Translations under genes and position numbers: made by a program
Shown: piece by piece, positions 54,235-64,000 of the stretch
How positions within the stretch are numbered: the stretch's first letter is position 1
Layout: every line of letters starts with the position of its first letter
The notes under the pieces: model-generated
Told to the model about the DNA's origin: nothing
Seen by the model: the letters and a program-made list of their open reading frames with translations, nothing else
The model's database searches: none
NCBI GenBank assembly: GCA_963736375.1
Contig: CAVTOL010000038.1
Coordinates: 70,274 to 134,273, forward strand
Length of the DNA stretch: 64,000 bases
Origin: an uncultured Actinomycetota bacterium
Lineage (GTDB): Bacteria > Actinomycetota > Actinomycetes > Mycobacteriales > Pseudonocardiaceae
Reading direction: 5' to 3'

Positions 54235-55062
54235 ATGGCGAACTACACCGCCGCCGACGTCAAGAAGCTCAGGGACCTCACCGGGTCCGGGATGATGGAC
54301 TGCAAGAAGGCCCTCGAGGAGTCCGACGGCGAGCTGGACAAGGCCGTCGAGCTGCTGCGCATCAAGGGCGCCAAGGACGTGGGCAAGCGCGCGGGCCGCG
54401 ACACGGCCAACGGGCTCATCGCGGCCGAGGGCGGCACGATGGTCGAGCTGAACTGCGAGACCGATTTCGTGGCGAAGAGCGCCGACTTCCAGGCGCTCGC
54501 CGACAAGATCCTGCGGGTCGCGGTCGACCAGAAGCCTGCTGATCTTGCCGCGCTCAAGGCGGCCCCGCTCGACGGTGCCGATGGTGGTGGCACCGTCGAG
54601 GAGGCCGTGCTGGCCCTCTCGGCGCGCATCGGCGAGAAACTGGAGCTGCGGCGCTACATCCACGTGGACGGCCCGGTCGCGCTCTACCTGCACCGCCGCT
54701 CGTCCGACCTGCCGCCCGCCATCGGCGCGATCGTCGCCTACGACGGCTCCGACGACGAGCTCGCCAAGGGCGTCGCGATGCACATCGCCGCGGCCCGGCC
54801 GCGGTACCGCACCCGGGAGGACGTGCCGGGTGACGTGCTGGAGAACGAGCGCCGCATCGCCGAGGCGACCGCGCGCGAGGAGGGCAAGCCCGAGCAGGTG
54901 CTCCCGCGCATCGTGGAGGGTCGGATCAACGGCTTCTACAAGGACGAGGTGCTGCTGGAGCAGCCCTCGGTCCAGGAGCCCAAGAAGACGGTGAAGGCCC
55001 TTCTGGACGCGGCAGGCGTCACCGTCAAGGATTTCGCCCGCTTCGAGGTCGGCCAGGCCTGA
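54235..55062 (+). CDS. tsf: elongation factor Ts
   Basis: [29 protein letters not shown].. Confidence 0.95.
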   Translation: MANYTAADVKKLRDLTGSGMMDCKKALEESDGELDKAVELLRIKGAKDVGKRAGRDTANGLIAAEGGTMVELNCETDFVAKSADFQALADKILRVAVDQKPADLAALKAAPLDGADGGGTVEEAVLALSARIGEKLELRRYIHVDGPVALYLHRRSSDLPPAIGAIVAYDGSDDELAKGVAMHIAAARPRYRTREDVPGDVLENERRIAEATAREEGKPEQVLPRIVEGRINGFYKDEVLLEQPSVQEPKKTVKALLDAAGVTVKDFARFEVGQA

Positions 55063-55066
55063 GCGG

Positions 55067-55837
55067 ATGACCGACGTCAGGATCGCCCCCGACGCCCGCC
55101 CAGGATTCGGCCGCGTGTTGCTCAAACTCGGCGGCGAGATGTTCGGCGGCGGCGCCGTCGGGGTCGATCCCGATGTAGTCGAGGCCGTGGCTCGGCAGAT
55201 CGCCGCGGTCGTCAAGTCCGGCGCGCAGATGGCGGTGGTCATCGGCGGCGGCAACTTCTTTCGCGGCGCCGAGCTGCACCACCGCGGCATGGACCGGGCC
55301 CGCGCCGACTACATGGGCATGCTCGGCACCGTGATGAACTGCCTCGCGCTGCAGGACTTCCTGGAGCGCGAGCACGGCGTCGACACCCGGGTGCAGACGG
55401 CCATCACGATGGGCCAGGTCGCAGAGGCCTACATCCCCCGCCGCGCCATCCGACACCTGGAGAAGGGCCGTGTCGTGATCTTCGGCGCGGGCGTCGGCAT
55501 GCCGTTCTTCTCCACCGACACCGCGGGCGCCCAACGGGCCCTCGAGATCGGCGCGGAGGTGCTGCTGTTGGCCAAGAACGTCGATGGGGTATTCAACGCC
55601 GATCCGCGGGTCGACCCGGACGCCAAGCTTTACGACGAGATCACCCATCGCGACGTGCTCGAGCAGGGGCTCAAGGTCGCCGACGCCACGGCGTTCAGCC
55701 TCTGCATGGACAACCAGATGCCGATCATCGTCTTCAATCTTCTCACCGAGGGCAACATCGCGCGAGCGGTCCGAGGTGAGAGGATCGGCACGCTGGTCAG
55801 CACACCCGAGCGCGTGGAAGGTGGGGTCAGGCCATGA
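55067..55837 (+). CDS. pyrH: UMP kinase
   Basis: ..[32 protein letters not shown].. Confidence 0.95.
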   Translation: MTDVRIAPDARPGFGRVLLKLGGEMFGGGAVGVDPDVVEAVARQIAAVVKSGAQMAVVIGGGNFFRGAELHHRGMDRARADYMGMLGTVMNCLALQDFLEREHGVDTRVQTAITMGQVAEAYIPRRAIRHLEKGRVVIFGAGVGMPFFSTDTAGAQRALEIGAEVLLLAKNVDGVFNADPRVDPDAKLYDEITHRDVLEQGLKVADATAFSLCMDNQMPIIVFNLLTEGNIARAVRGERIGTLVSTPERVEGGVRP

Positions 55838-56391
55838 TCGAAGAGACGCTCTTCGACGCCGAGGAGAAGATGGAGCGGGCGGTTTCGGTGGCCAAGGACG
55901 ACCTGGCCAGCGTCCGCACGGGCCGCGCCACGCCGAACATGTTCTCCCGCGTCGCCGTCGACTACTACGGTGCGATGACCCCGATCAACCAGCTCGCATC
56001 GATCAACATCCCCGAGGCCCGGATGGTGATCATCAAGCCGTACGACGCGAGCTCGCTCCGATCGCTGGAGAAGGCGATCCGCGATTCCGACCTGGGTGTC
56101 AACCCTTCCAACGACGGACAGATCATCCGCATCGTCGTGCCGCAGTTGTCCGAGGAACGCCGCCGCGAGATGGTCAAGGTCGCCCGCGGCAAGGGCGAGG
56201 ACGCCCGCGTCACGATCCGCAGCCTGCGCCGCAAGGCGATGGAGGAGCTGCACCGCATCGTGCGTGACGGCGAGGCAGGCGAAGACGAGGTCGGCCGCGC
56301 CGAGAAGGAGCTCCAGCACACCGTCGACCGATATGTCCACCAGATCGACGAGCTGGTGAAACACAAGGAAGCCGAGCTGCTCGAGGTCTGA
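55834..56391 (+). CDS. frr: ribosome recycling factor
   Basis: [32 protein letters not shown]..; ATGA overlap with pyrH. Confidence 0.95.
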   Translation: MIEETLFDAEEKMERAVSVAKDDLASVRTGRATPNMFSRVAVDYYGAMTPINQLASINIPEARMVIIKPYDASSLRSLEKAIRDSDLGVNPSNDGQIIRIVVPQLSEERRREMVKVARGKGEDARVTIRSLRRKAMEELHRIVRDGEAGEDEVGRAEKELQHTVDRYVHQIDELVKHKEAELLEV

Positions 56392-57266
56392 TGACAGCCA
56401 GCCATCCCGATACGCCCGCCGTGTCCGCACCATCGCGCGGCAAGGGTCGGGCCGCCGGGCGTGCGGGCCGCAACCTCGTCGCGGCCATCGGGGTCGGCGT
56501 CGGGCTCGGCGCGGTCGTGCTGGCGTCGCTGCTGATCGAGCGACACTGGTTCATCCCGGTGGTGGCGCTGGCCGTCGCCGTGGGCACATGGGAGCTGGCG
56601 GGGGCGTTGCGACGCGGTGCCGACATCCGGGTGCCGCTGCCGGTGCTCCTCGTCGGCGGGCAGGCCATGGTGTGGCTGGCCTGGCCGTTCGGCGCGATGG
56701 CCGTCGCGATCGCGTTCGCGGCCACCGCGCTCGGGGTGCTCCTGTGGCGAATGCCAGCAGGCGCCGAGCACTACGTCCGCGACGTCACGGCGGGCATCTT
56801 CGCTGCGGCGTATGTGCCGCTGTTCGCCTCTTTTGCCACGCTGATGGCCGTCTCACCGGACGGTGCCGCGCGCGTGCTGACGTTCGTGATCTGCGTGGTC
56901 GCGTCGGACGTCGGCGGCTACACCGCGGGCGTGCTCGCGGGGCGGCATCCGATGGCGCCCACGATCAGCCCCAAGAAGTCGTGGGAGGGCTTCGCGGGCT
57001 CGCTGGTCACCGGGATGGTGGCGGGGGCGCTCAGCGTCCTCCTCCTGCTGCACGGGCCGTGGTGGGCGGGGGTGCTCACGGGCGCGCTGCTCGTCGTCTC
57101 CGCCACCACCGGCGACCTCATCGAGTCGCTCGTCAAGCGCGACCTCGGCATCAAGGACATGGGCACCCTTCTGCCAGGCCACGGTGGCCTGCTGGACCGG
57201 CTCGACTCACTCCTGCCCACGGCGCTCGTCGCCTGGGCGGCGCTTGGCGTGCTCGTTCCCGCGTGA
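56391..57266 (+). CDS. cdsA: phosphatidate cytidylyltransferase
   Basis: Multi-TM protein with the C-terminal signature ..SPKKSWEGFAGS..GDLIESLVKRDLGIKDMG..PGHGGLLDRLDS.. Confidence 0.92.
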   Translation: MTASHPDTPAVSAPSRGKGRAAGRAGRNLVAAIGVGVGLGAVVLASLLIERHWFIPVVALAVAVGTWELAGALRRGADIRVPLPVLLVGGQAMVWLAWPFGAMAVAIAFAATALGVLLWRMPAGAEHYVRDVTAGIFAAAYVPLFASFATLMAVSPDGAARVLTFVICVVASDVGGYTAGVLAGRHPMAPTISPKKSWEGFAGSLVTGMVAGALSVLLLLHGPWWAGVLTGALLVVSATTGDLIESLVKRDLGIKDMGTLLPGHGGLLDRLDSLLPTALVAWAALGVLVPA

Positions 57267-57312
57267 ACGAGTTCACCAATCGACACAGCGGCGCAGCGAA
57301 CGCGGCGGGCGC

Positions 57313-57987
57313 GTGAGCATCCCCAGCCCCAACATCTGGCGCTGGCCCGAGATCTACGCGCAGGAGAACGCGGCGCAGGACGTCGAGGGCGCCGTATGGG
57401 CCGCGTTGTGCGACGAGGTGCCGTGGGCTGGTCGCGACGTCATCGACGTCGGCTGCGGCGACGGCTTCCACCTGCGCTTCTTCGAGGGCGCCCGGTCCGT
57501 CCTCGGCGTCGAACCCTATGCCCCGCTGGTGGAGCGCGCGCAGGCCGGGGGGCTGCCGGTGGTGCGGGGGGAGGCGGGGCGGCTCCCGCTGGCCGACGCA
57601 TCGGTCGACCTCGTCCACGCGCGCACCGCCTACTTCTTCGGCCAAGGCTGCGAGCCCGGGCTGGCCGAGGCGTGGCGGGTGCTTCGTCCCGGTGGCGCGC
57701 TCGCGATCGTCGACCTCGACGCCACCGCCTCGCCCTACGGCGACTGGATGCGCGCCGACATCCCGCACTACGACCCGGTGGCCGCGGAGCGCTTCTTCAG
57801 CAGGCAGGGCTTCTCGCTGCGGCGGATCCCGACGATCTGGCGCTTCCCCGACCGCCCGACCTGCGAGGCCGTGCTGCGGATCGAGTTCTCGGCCGCCGTG
57901 GCCGCCCGAGCGCTCGCGCAGTGCACCGGCGTGACGATCCCGGTGGGCTACCGCCTGCACGTGCGGCACAAGCAGCTCATCCGGTAG
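57313..57987 (+). CDS. class I SAM-dependent methyltransferase
   Basis: ..VIDVGCGDGFHL.. motif I and ..LRPGGALAIVD... GTG start was chosen within the longer ORF. Confidence 0.75.
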   Translation: MSIPSPNIWRWPEIYAQENAAQDVEGAVWAALCDEVPWAGRDVIDVGCGDGFHLRFFEGARSVLGVEPYAPLVERAQAGGLPVVRGEAGRLPLADASVDLVHARTAYFFGQGCEPGLAEAWRVLRPGGALAIVDLDATASPYGDWMRADIPHYDPVAAERFFSRQGFSLRRIPTIWRFPDRPTCEAVLRIEFSAAVAARALAQCTGVTIPVGYRLHVRHKQLIR

Positions 57988-58036
57988 CCACCCCCACCCG
58001 GGGAGGGTCCCATCCCCGCATCGCTACCGTGGGTGC

Positions 58037-58561
58037 ATGCGCTCTCCCGTCGTGCCTTTCCTCGAGCCGCTTCTGGGTGGCCTGTGGTGGACCGTCGGCG
58101 CCGTCGCGCTGTCGACCGGCCTCGGCACCGTCGTGCTCGCTGCGGGCATCGGGGTCACAGGCGGCCTGATCGCCGCCCTGCGCCGCCGCGGCGGCGGCGG
58201 CGAGCCGCTAGCGCCGGGCGCCCGCGGCCGCCTGTTGCGCATCGCGTTCGTGGCCATCGTGGCCGGCGTGGCTGCGGGACCGCTGCTCGGAATGGCGGGC
58301 CTCGGCGAACTCGCCGTGCCCGTGGCCTGCGCCGTCACCGGTGTCGCGCTGTTCCCCGTGGCCTCCATGCTCGACGACCGGGCGGTGCTGGCCGCGGGCG
58401 GCCTGCTGCTCGTGCTTGCCGCAACGGGTGCGCTCTTCGCGCTGGACTCCGCGGGCACGCTGATGTCCCAGGGTCTGGTCGGCTTGGCGGGCGGGGTCGT
58501 GATCTGGCTCGCGGGCGCCCAGCGCAGCGGCTTGCTCGCCGAGGCCCGCGCCCGCCCGTGA
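58037..58561 (+). CDS. hypothetical integral membrane protein
   Basis: 174 aa with 5-6 hydrophobic segments and high GC3. I recognise no family. Confidence 0.5.
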   Translation: MRSPVVPFLEPLLGGLWWTVGAVALSTGLGTVVLAAGIGVTGGLIAALRRRGGGGEPLAPGARGRLLRIAFVAIVAGVAAGPLLGMAGLGELAVPVACAVTGVALFPVASMLDDRAVLAAGGLLLVLAATGALFALDSAGTLMSQGLVGLAGGVVIWLAGAQRSGLLAEARARP

Positions 58562-58620
58562 TCGCCGGTTCGGTGCGAAACCGTGCCACATCTGGCCGCT
58601 GACGCACCGAGCCGGCGATC
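58558..58620. repeat. about 65-bp palindromic element, copy c
   Basis: GTGATCGCCGGTTCGGTGCGaaaccgtGCCACAtctggccgctgaCGCACCGAgCCGGCGATC. The TGA at its left end is the stop of the preceding gene. Confidence 0.75.
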
Positions 58621-58663
58621 GTGGCCAGGGGGCGGCCGGGCATAGGGCACACTGGAAGGCGCC

Positions 58664-59767
58664 ATGACCGCCCTTCCCCTCGTGTTCGACGCGCCCAAGC
58701 GCGCGCTGCCGCCCCGCCATCTCGCCGACCTCGAGCCCGCGGAGCGGCGCGCTGTCGTCGCCGAGCTGGGCCTGCCCGCGTTCCGGGCCGACCAGCTCGC
58801 CCGCCACTACTTCGGCCACCTCAGCGCCGACCTCGCCGCGATGACCGACCTGCCCGGGGCGGCACGGGAGTCCCTCGCCACTCTGCTGCCACCGCTCGTC
58901 ACCCCGGTGAAGGAGCTGGCCTGCGACGAGGGCGCTACCCACAAGACGCTCTGGGCGGCGCACGACGGCACCCGCGCCGAGACCGTGCTGATGCGCTACC
59001 CGGACCGAGCGACGGTCTGCGTGTCCAGCCAGGCCGGGTGCGGCATGGCGTGCCCGTTCTGCGCCACCGGCCAAGGTGGTCTGCAGCGCAACCTGTCCAC
59101 CGCCGAGATCGTCGAGCAGGTACGCCAGGCCGCGGCCGCCGCTCGCGACGGCGCGCTTGGCGTCCCGGTCCGCCTCTCCAACGTGGTGTTCATGGGCATG
59201 GGGGAGCCACTGGCGAACTACAACCGGGTGGTCGCCGCGGTCCGGCGCATTGTCGCGCCCGTCCCCGACGGGCTCGGGATCTCCGCGCGCGGCGTCACGG
59301 TCTCCACGGTCGGCCTCGTTCCTGCCATCGACAGGCTCGCCGCCGAGGGTCTCCCGGTGACCCTTGCCGTCTCCCTGCACACGCCCGACGACGAGCTTCG
59401 CGACACCCTCGTGCCCGTCAACACGCGGTGGAAGGTGGCGGAGGTGCTCGCTGCCGCGCGCCGCTACGCCACGGCCACCGGCAGGAGGGTGTCGATCGAG
59501 TACGCGCTCATCCGCGACGTCAACGACCAGCCGTGGCGCGCCGAGCTGCTCGGGAAGGTGCTGCGGCAGCAGGTCGGGGCGAAGCGGGTGCACGTCAACC
59601 TGATCCCGCTCAACCCCACGCCAGGCAGCGCGTGGGACGCCTCGCCGCGCAAGCGCCAGGACGAGTTCGTGCGACGAGTGGAAGCGGCTGGGATCGCCTG
59701 CACCGTGCGCGACACCCGCGGCCGGGAGATCGCCGCCGCCTGCGGCCAGCTCGCGGCGACCGTTTAG
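58664..59767 (+). CDS. rlmN: 23S rRNA/tRNA (adenine-C2)-methyltransferase RlmN (radical SAM)
   Basis: ..[19 protein letters not shown].. CxxxCxxC cluster, ..[12 protein letters not shown].., and C-terminal ..IAAACGQL.. Confidence 0.93.
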   Translation: MTALPLVFDAPKRALPPRHLADLEPAERRAVVAELGLPAFRADQLARHYFGHLSADLAAMTDLPGAARESLATLLPPLVTPVKELACDEGATHKTLWAAHDGTRAETVLMRYPDRATVCVSSQAGCGMACPFCATGQGGLQRNLSTAEIVEQVRQAAAAARDGALGVPVRLSNVVFMGMGEPLANYNRVVAAVRRIVAPVPDGLGISARGVTVSTVGLVPAIDRLAAEGLPVTLAVSLHTPDDELRDTLVPVNTRWKVAEVLAAARRYATATGRRVSIEYALIRDVNDQPWRAELLGKVLRQQVGAKRVHVNLIPLNPTPGSAWDASPRKRQDEFVRRVEAAGIACTVRDTRGREIAAACGQLAATV

Positions 59768-60831
59768 GGGAGGCCCAACACCTCGGCCAGGTCGAACGTC
59801 ACGGGCTGCTCCAACTGCTCATACGTGCACGACGACGGCTCTCGGTCCGGCCGCCACCGCACGAACTGCGCCGTGTGGCGGAAGCGCACACCCTCCATGT
59901 AGTCGTAGCGCACCTCGACCACCCGTTCCGGCCGCAGTGGCGTGAACGAGAGGTCCTTGTTTGCGTTCCAGCGGCTCGCCTCGGCCTTGCGCGGTGTGCG
60001 GTCGCCCTCCTCTTGCCGCGCCCACGCCCATGGGTGGTTGTCGAACGTGGTGACCAGCGGCTGCAGCTCCTGCATGAGCGCCCGCCGCGTCGGCATCGGG
60101 AACGCGCCGATCACGCCGACCGAGGCGAGGTGTCCGTCGGCCTGGTAGAGCCCCAAGAGCAACGAGCCGATCGCGTCCGGCCCTGACTTGTGCACGCGGT
60201 AGCCCGCGACCACGCAGTCGGCGGTCCGCTCGTGCTTCACTTTGGTCATCACACGCTTGTCGGGCTGATAGGTGCCCTCCGGATCCTTGGCGATCAGCCC
60301 GTCGAGCCCTGCGCCCTCGAACTGGTCGAACCACTCGGTGGCTACGGCGTGATCGTCGGTGATGGGCGTGAGGTGCACCGGAGGCCCCGCCTTGGCCAGC
60401 GCCTCCTCCAGGAGGGCCCGGCGCTCGCGAAACGGCCGCTCGGTGAGGTCCTCGTCGCCCAGCGCCAGCAGGTCGAACGCGACGAAGCTGGCGGGCGTCT
60501 CGACCGCCAGGAGGTTCACCCTGCTCGCGGCGGGGTGGATGCGCTGCTGGAGCACCTCGAACTCGAGGCAGTTGCGGTCGCGGTCGAGCACCACGATCTC
60601 GCCGTCGATCACCGCGCGCTCGGGGAAGTTGGCCTTCACCGCGTCGACGACCTCGGGGAAGTAGCGGGTCATCGGCCGCTCGTTGCGGCTGCCGATCTCC
60701 ACGTCGTCGCCGTCGCGGAAGATGATCGAGCGGAAGCCGTCCCACTTCGGCTCGTACAGCTTACCGGCTGGGATCTTCGGCTGCGGCTTGGCCAGCATCG
60801 GCTTGACGGGTGGCATCACGGGCAGGTCCAC
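59764..60831 (-). CDS. ligC: ATP-dependent DNA ligase, LigC type
   Basis: 355 aa, adenylation plus OB domains only. It has the KxDG motif ..YEPKWDGFR.. and GTG start. Its stop overlaps the rlmN stop. Confidence 0.9.
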   Translation of the reverse strand: MDLPVMPPVKPMLAKPQPKIPAGKLYEPKWDGFRSIIFRDGDDVEIGSRNERPMTRYFPEVVDAVKANFPERAVIDGEIVVLDRDRNCLEFEVLQQRIHPAASRVNLLAVETPASFVAFDLLALGDEDLTERPFRERRALLEEALAKAGPPVHLTPITDDHAVATEWFDQFEGAGLDGLIAKDPEGTYQPDKRVMTKVKHERTADCVVAGYRVHKSGPDAIGSLLLGLYQADGHLASVGVIGAFPMPTRRALMQELQPLVTTFDNHPWAWARQEEGDRTPRKAEASRWNANKDLSFTPLRPERVVEVRYDYMEGVRFRHTAQFVRWRPDREPSSCTYEQLEQPVTFDLAEVLGLP

Positions 60832-60836
60832 GGGCC

Positions 60837-60848
60837 CAGCCTAGGCTG
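60837..60848. promoter_or_regulatory. perfect 12-bp palindrome CAGCCTAGGCTG between divergent ligC and mug starts
   Basis: Centred in the 22-bp gap between start codons 60831 (-) and 60854 (+). Confidence 0.3.
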
Positions 60849-60853
60849 CCCCG

Positions 60854-61429
60854 GTGGCCCACATCGCCGCTGTCGAGCTCGCGGCCGCCCGCGACCGGAC
60901 CATCCCCGACGTGCTGCCGGGGCAGGCCGATCCGCCGCTCTCGGTGCTGTTCTGCGGGATCAACCCGGGGCTGGTCTCCGCCGCCACCGGGCACCACTTC
61001 GCGCGACCCGGCAACCGGTTCTGGCCGGTGCTGCACGCCGCCGGGTTCACGCCGCGCCTGCTGCGCCCCGCCGAGCAGGGGGAGCTGGCCGCGCTCGGGC
61101 TCGGCATCACGAACATGGCGCCCCGCGCCACCGCGCGGGCCGACGAGCTCACCGCGGCCGAGCTGGTCGCGGGTGGGGTGCGGCTGCGGGAGCTGGTGGC
61201 GCGGACGCGGCCCGCCTGGCTGGCCGTCGTCGGGATCACGGCGTATCGGACGGCGTTCGCGCGCCCTGGCGCCGTCGTCGGGCCGCAGGAGCCGCTCGGC
61301 GCGACCGGGGTGTGGGTGCTGCCGAACCCCAGCGGCCTGAACGCCCACTATCAGCTCCCGGACCTGACGGCCGCGTACGCCGCCCTGCTCGAGGCCGCGG
61401 CGGGGGTCGTGAGCGGAAAAGAGTGCTAG
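60854..61429 (+). CDS. mug: G/U mismatch-specific uracil-DNA glycosylase (Mug, UDG family 2)
   Basis: ..VLFCGINPGLVSAATGHHFARPGNRFW.. and ..VLPNPSGLNAHY.. motifs. Confidence 0.88.
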   Translation: MAHIAAVELAAARDRTIPDVLPGQADPPLSVLFCGINPGLVSAATGHHFARPGNRFWPVLHAAGFTPRLLRPAEQGELAALGLGITNMAPRATARADELTAAELVAGGVRLRELVARTRPAWLAVVGITAYRTAFARPGAVVGPQEPLGATGVWVLPNPSGLNAHYQLPDLTAAYAALLEAAAGVVSGKEC

Positions 61430-61453
61430 AACACTGTTATCCGCGCACAGGGG

Positions 61454-62410
61454 CTAGTCGAGCTCGGGGAGGGGTTCGTCGTCGTCGCGGGCGTCGCGGT
61501 CGGCCCACTCCAGCAGCTCGTCCAGCGTGTAGACGGCGTCGTCGATGCCTGCGTGCAGATCACCCAGCTCGGCGAACCGCTTCGGCATGGTCGCGATCGT
61601 GAAGTCGCCGGGATCGGCGTCGTCGACCTCGTCCCAGCGGATCGGCGCCGACACCAGCGCCTCCGCCACGCCACGCACCGAATAGGCACAGCGAATCGTG
61701 TGGTCCCTGGTGTTCTGGTTGTAGTCGACGAAGATCGACGCCGGGTCGCGGTCCTTGCGCCACCACGTCAGGTCGACCAGGTCACAGCGCCGTCCGACCT
61801 CCCGCGCGAACGCGTGCGCGGCCCGGCGCACGTCCTGGAAGCCCCACCGGGGCTCGATCCGGACGTAGACGTGCATGCCCTTGCCGCCGGAGGTCTTCGG
61901 CCAACCGACGGCGCCGATCTCGGCGAGGACCTCTTGGGCGACGTGGGCGACGCGCCGAACGTCGGCGTAGGCCGCCCGCGGCATCGGGTCGAGGTCGATG
62001 CGCCACTCGTCCGGCTGCTCGACGTGTCCGCGGCGGGAGTTCCAGGGGTGGAACTCGACCGTCGACATCTGCACCGCCCACACGAGATCGGCCACGTGCT
62101 GGACGCACAGCTCGTCGGCAGTGCGGTTCCACCGCGGGAAGTGCACCCGCACTGTCTCAACCCAGTCGGGCGCGCCGCGCGGGAGGCGCTTCTGGTGCAC
62201 CTTCTCGCCGGTCACGCCGGTGGGGAAGCGGTGCAGCATGCACGGCCGGTTGTGCAGCGCGCGAACGGCGCCCTCGCCGACGGCGATGTAGTACTGCGCG
62301 AGGTCGAGCTTGGTCTCGCCGCGGGCGGGGAAGTAGACGCGATCCGGATTGGAGATCCGCACGGTGCGTCCGTCGACCTCGAGCTCGACCGCCGCACCGC
62401 TGCCCGGCAC
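61454..62410 (-). CDS. stand-alone LigD-polymerase-domain primase-polymerase (Prim-PolC-like)
   Basis: ..RISNPDRVYFP..TKLDLAQYY..VEFHPW..EWRIDLDP..KTSGGKGMHVYV..FVDYNQN.. AEP motifs. GTG start overlaps the upstream stop (TAGTG). Confidence 0.88.
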   Translation of the reverse strand: MPGSGAAVELEVDGRTVRISNPDRVYFPARGETKLDLAQYYIAVGEGAVRALHNRPCMLHRFPTGVTGEKVHQKRLPRGAPDWVETVRVHFPRWNRTADELCVQHVADLVWAVQMSTVEFHPWNSRRGHVEQPDEWRIDLDPMPRAAYADVRRVAHVAQEVLAEIGAVGWPKTSGGKGMHVYVRIEPRWGFQDVRRAAHAFAREVGRRCDLVDLTWWRKDRDPASIFVDYNQNTRDHTIRCAYSVRGVAEALVSAPIRWDEVDDADPGDFTIATMPKRFAELGDLHAGIDDAVYTLDELLEWADRDARDDDEPLPELD

Positions 62411-62691
62411 TAGCGCCGCCAGGAGTTCCGCTGCCGGATCACGTGCCCGATGATCCCCCCGAGGACGGCCAGAGCGACGCCGATGAGCCAGAGGTACTGC
62501 GTCGTGGTCTGGTATGGCCCGGGGATGAAGGCGATGCACAGGATGATCGTGATCACGCCGCCGATGATCGTGCCCTTGGGGAAACCGCCGTGCCAGCCCC
62601 ACTCGACCGACGGCTCGTCGTCAGGGGAAATCGGGGAGGACTTCGCCACCTCACGGGAGTTGCTCGCCACGGCCGTATCGTCGCACAACAA
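62410..62691 (-). CDS. small membrane protein (DUF2631-like)
   Basis: ..SVEWGWHGGFPKG.. followed by two TM helices. It is translationally coupled to the Prim-Pol gene. Family assignment is from memory; the start is uncertain. Confidence 0.6.
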   Translation of the reverse strand: MLCDDTAVASNSREVAKSSPISPDDEPSVEWGWHGGFPKGTIIGGVITIILCIAFIPGPYQTTTQYLWLIGVALAVLGGIIGHVIRQRNSWRR

Positions 62692-62714
62692 CGGGCCGAG
62701 GATGATGGCAGGCG

Positions 62715-63887
62715 ATGACTGGTAATCGATCCGTGCTCGTGCTGGGCTCCACCGGCTCGATCGGCGTGCAGGCGCTCGAGCTGATCGCCCGGCATCCCGA
62801 GCGCTTCACCGTCGCCGGGCTCGCGGCGGGCGGCGGCAACGTCGCGCTGCTCGCCCGGCAGGTCCGTGCGCACGGCGTGCGGCGGGTGGCCGTGGCGGCC
62901 GAGGACGGGGCGCGCGCGCTGCGCGACCTGCTGCCCGGCACCGAGGTGGCCGCGGGCCCGGACGCCGCGACCGAGCTCACCGCCACCGCGAGCGTCGACG
63001 TGGTCCTCAACGGCATCACGGGCGCGGTCGGGCTCGGACCCACGCTGGCCGCGCTCGCCTCCGGCGCCACGCTGGCGTTGGCCAACAAGGAGTCCCTGGT
63101 CGCGGGCGGCGCGCTCGTCACGGCGGCCGCCGCGCCCGGCCAGATCGTGCCGGTCGACTCCGAGCACTCCGCGCTGGCCCAGTGCCTGCGCGGCGGCCGG
63201 GCCACCGAGGTGGACCGGCTCGTGCTCACCGCTTCCGGCGGCCCGTTCCGCGGACGCCGCCGGGCGGAACTGGCCGACGTCACCGTGGCCGAGGCGCTGG
63301 CCCATCCCACCTGGAACATGGGCCCGATGGTCACGCTCAACTCGGCCACGTTGATCAACAAGGGCCTGGAGCTGATCGAGGCGCACCTGCTGTTCGGAAT
63401 TCCCTACGACCGCATCGACGTCGTCGTGCACCCGCAGTCCATCGTGCATTCCATGGTCGCGTTCCGCGATGGGGCCACCCTCGCCCAGGCCAGCCCCCCG
63501 GACATGCGCCTGCCCATCGGGCTCGCGCTGGCCTGGCCGGAACGACTGCCGGGCGCGGCGCCGTCGTGCCGGTGGGACACGGCGCTGAGCTGGACCTTCG
63601 AACCGCTCGACGACGACGCGTTCCCCGGCGTCCGGCTCGCCCGCGCGGCCGGTGCGCTCGGTGGCTGCGTTCCGGCGGTGCTCAACGCGGCCAACGAGGA
63701 GGCCGTCGGTGCGTTCCTCGCGGGCGCCTGCACGTTCACCGAGATCACCGACACGCTGGCCCGCGTGCTCGACATCGCCGACGGTTGGATGGCCAACCCG
63801 ACTACCGTGGCGGACGTGCTGGCCGCCCAGGACTGGGCCCGTGCGCGGGCCCGTGAGCTCGCTTACCGCCCAGGAGTCGCCCGATGA
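62715..63887 (+). CDS. dxr: 1-deoxy-D-xylulose-5-phosphate reductoisomerase
   Basis: ..[36 protein letters not shown].. Confidence 0.95.
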   Translation: MTGNRSVLVLGSTGSIGVQALELIARHPERFTVAGLAAGGGNVALLARQVRAHGVRRVAVAAEDGARALRDLLPGTEVAAGPDAATELTATASVDVVLNGITGAVGLGPTLAALASGATLALANKESLVAGGALVTAAAAPGQIVPVDSEHSALAQCLRGGRATEVDRLVLTASGGPFRGRRRAELADVTVAEALAHPTWNMGPMVTLNSATLINKGLELIEAHLLFGIPYDRIDVVVHPQSIVHSMVAFRDGATLAQASPPDMRLPIGLALAWPERLPGAAPSCRWDTALSWTFEPLDDDAFPGVRLARAAGALGGCVPAVLNAANEEAVGAFLAGACTFTEITDTLARVLDIADGWMANPTTVADVLAAQDWARARARELAYRPGVAR

Positions 63888-64000
63888 TGACCGTCCTCGG
63901 GATCGTGCTGTTCTTCCTCGGCATCCTGTTCTCGATCGCGTGGCACGAGCTCGGCCACTTCACCACCGCGCGATGGTTCGGCATCAAGGTGCCCGAGTTC
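63884..64000 (+). CDS. RIP zinc metalloprotease RseP/Rip1 (M50), 5' part only
   Basis: [26 protein letters not shown].. has the HExxH motif. ATGATGA overlap with the dxr stop. It runs off the window. Confidence 0.85.
   Translation, partial: MMTVLGIVLFFLGILFSIAWHELGHFTTARWFGIKVPEF

Overview
Very GC-rich actinomycete chromosome core (third codon positions are almost all G/C). It holds about 66 protein genes, most on the + strand, many joined by ATGA/GTGA start-stop overlaps. From memory, gene order follows the conserved actinobacterial block known from Mycobacterium tuberculosis (about Rv2977c to Rv2869c) and Streptomyces. The order is: glcB, ung, rpmB, yloV-recG, pyc, rsmD-coaD, sepIVA-like, DUF177-rpmF-rnc-mutM, acyP-smc-ftsY-amtB-glnK-glnD-ffh, rpsP-KH-rimM-trmD-rplS-lepB-rnhB, yraN-yifB-dprA-xerC, whiG, M23 peptidase, rpsB-tsf-pyrH-frr-cdsA, rlmN, dxr-rseP. 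Accessory insertions into this backbone are: an SSF transporter, a gamma-carbonic-anhydrase-like gene, corA, kdpDE (no kdpFABC nearby), a CAP-domain secreted protein, two extra PII genes, marR-MFS, an amidohydrolase, a CPBP protease, a GNAT, a methyltransferase, and a ligC / mug / Prim-Pol (LigD polymerase-domain) cluster. I saw no rRNA, tRNA, CRISPR array, transposase or prophage. Main second-look items: (1) three diverged PII paralogues around glnD instead of the usual single glnK. (2) A roughly 65-bp palindromic repeat family, with one copy in-frame inside smc. (3) A 30-31 bp tandem minisatellite family that starts exactly at the stop codon of the upstream gene at two loci; at one locus that gene is an unlisted 29-codon ORF with a strong RBS. 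(4) Three genes broken by frame shifts as sequenced (SSF transporter, yloV, and the normally essential ftsY), so assembly indels must be excluded. (5) A compact Mug-LigC-Prim-Pol repair cluster. (6) DnaA-box-like clusters away from any oriC context. The many long antisense ORFs in the track are high-GC shadow ORFs.
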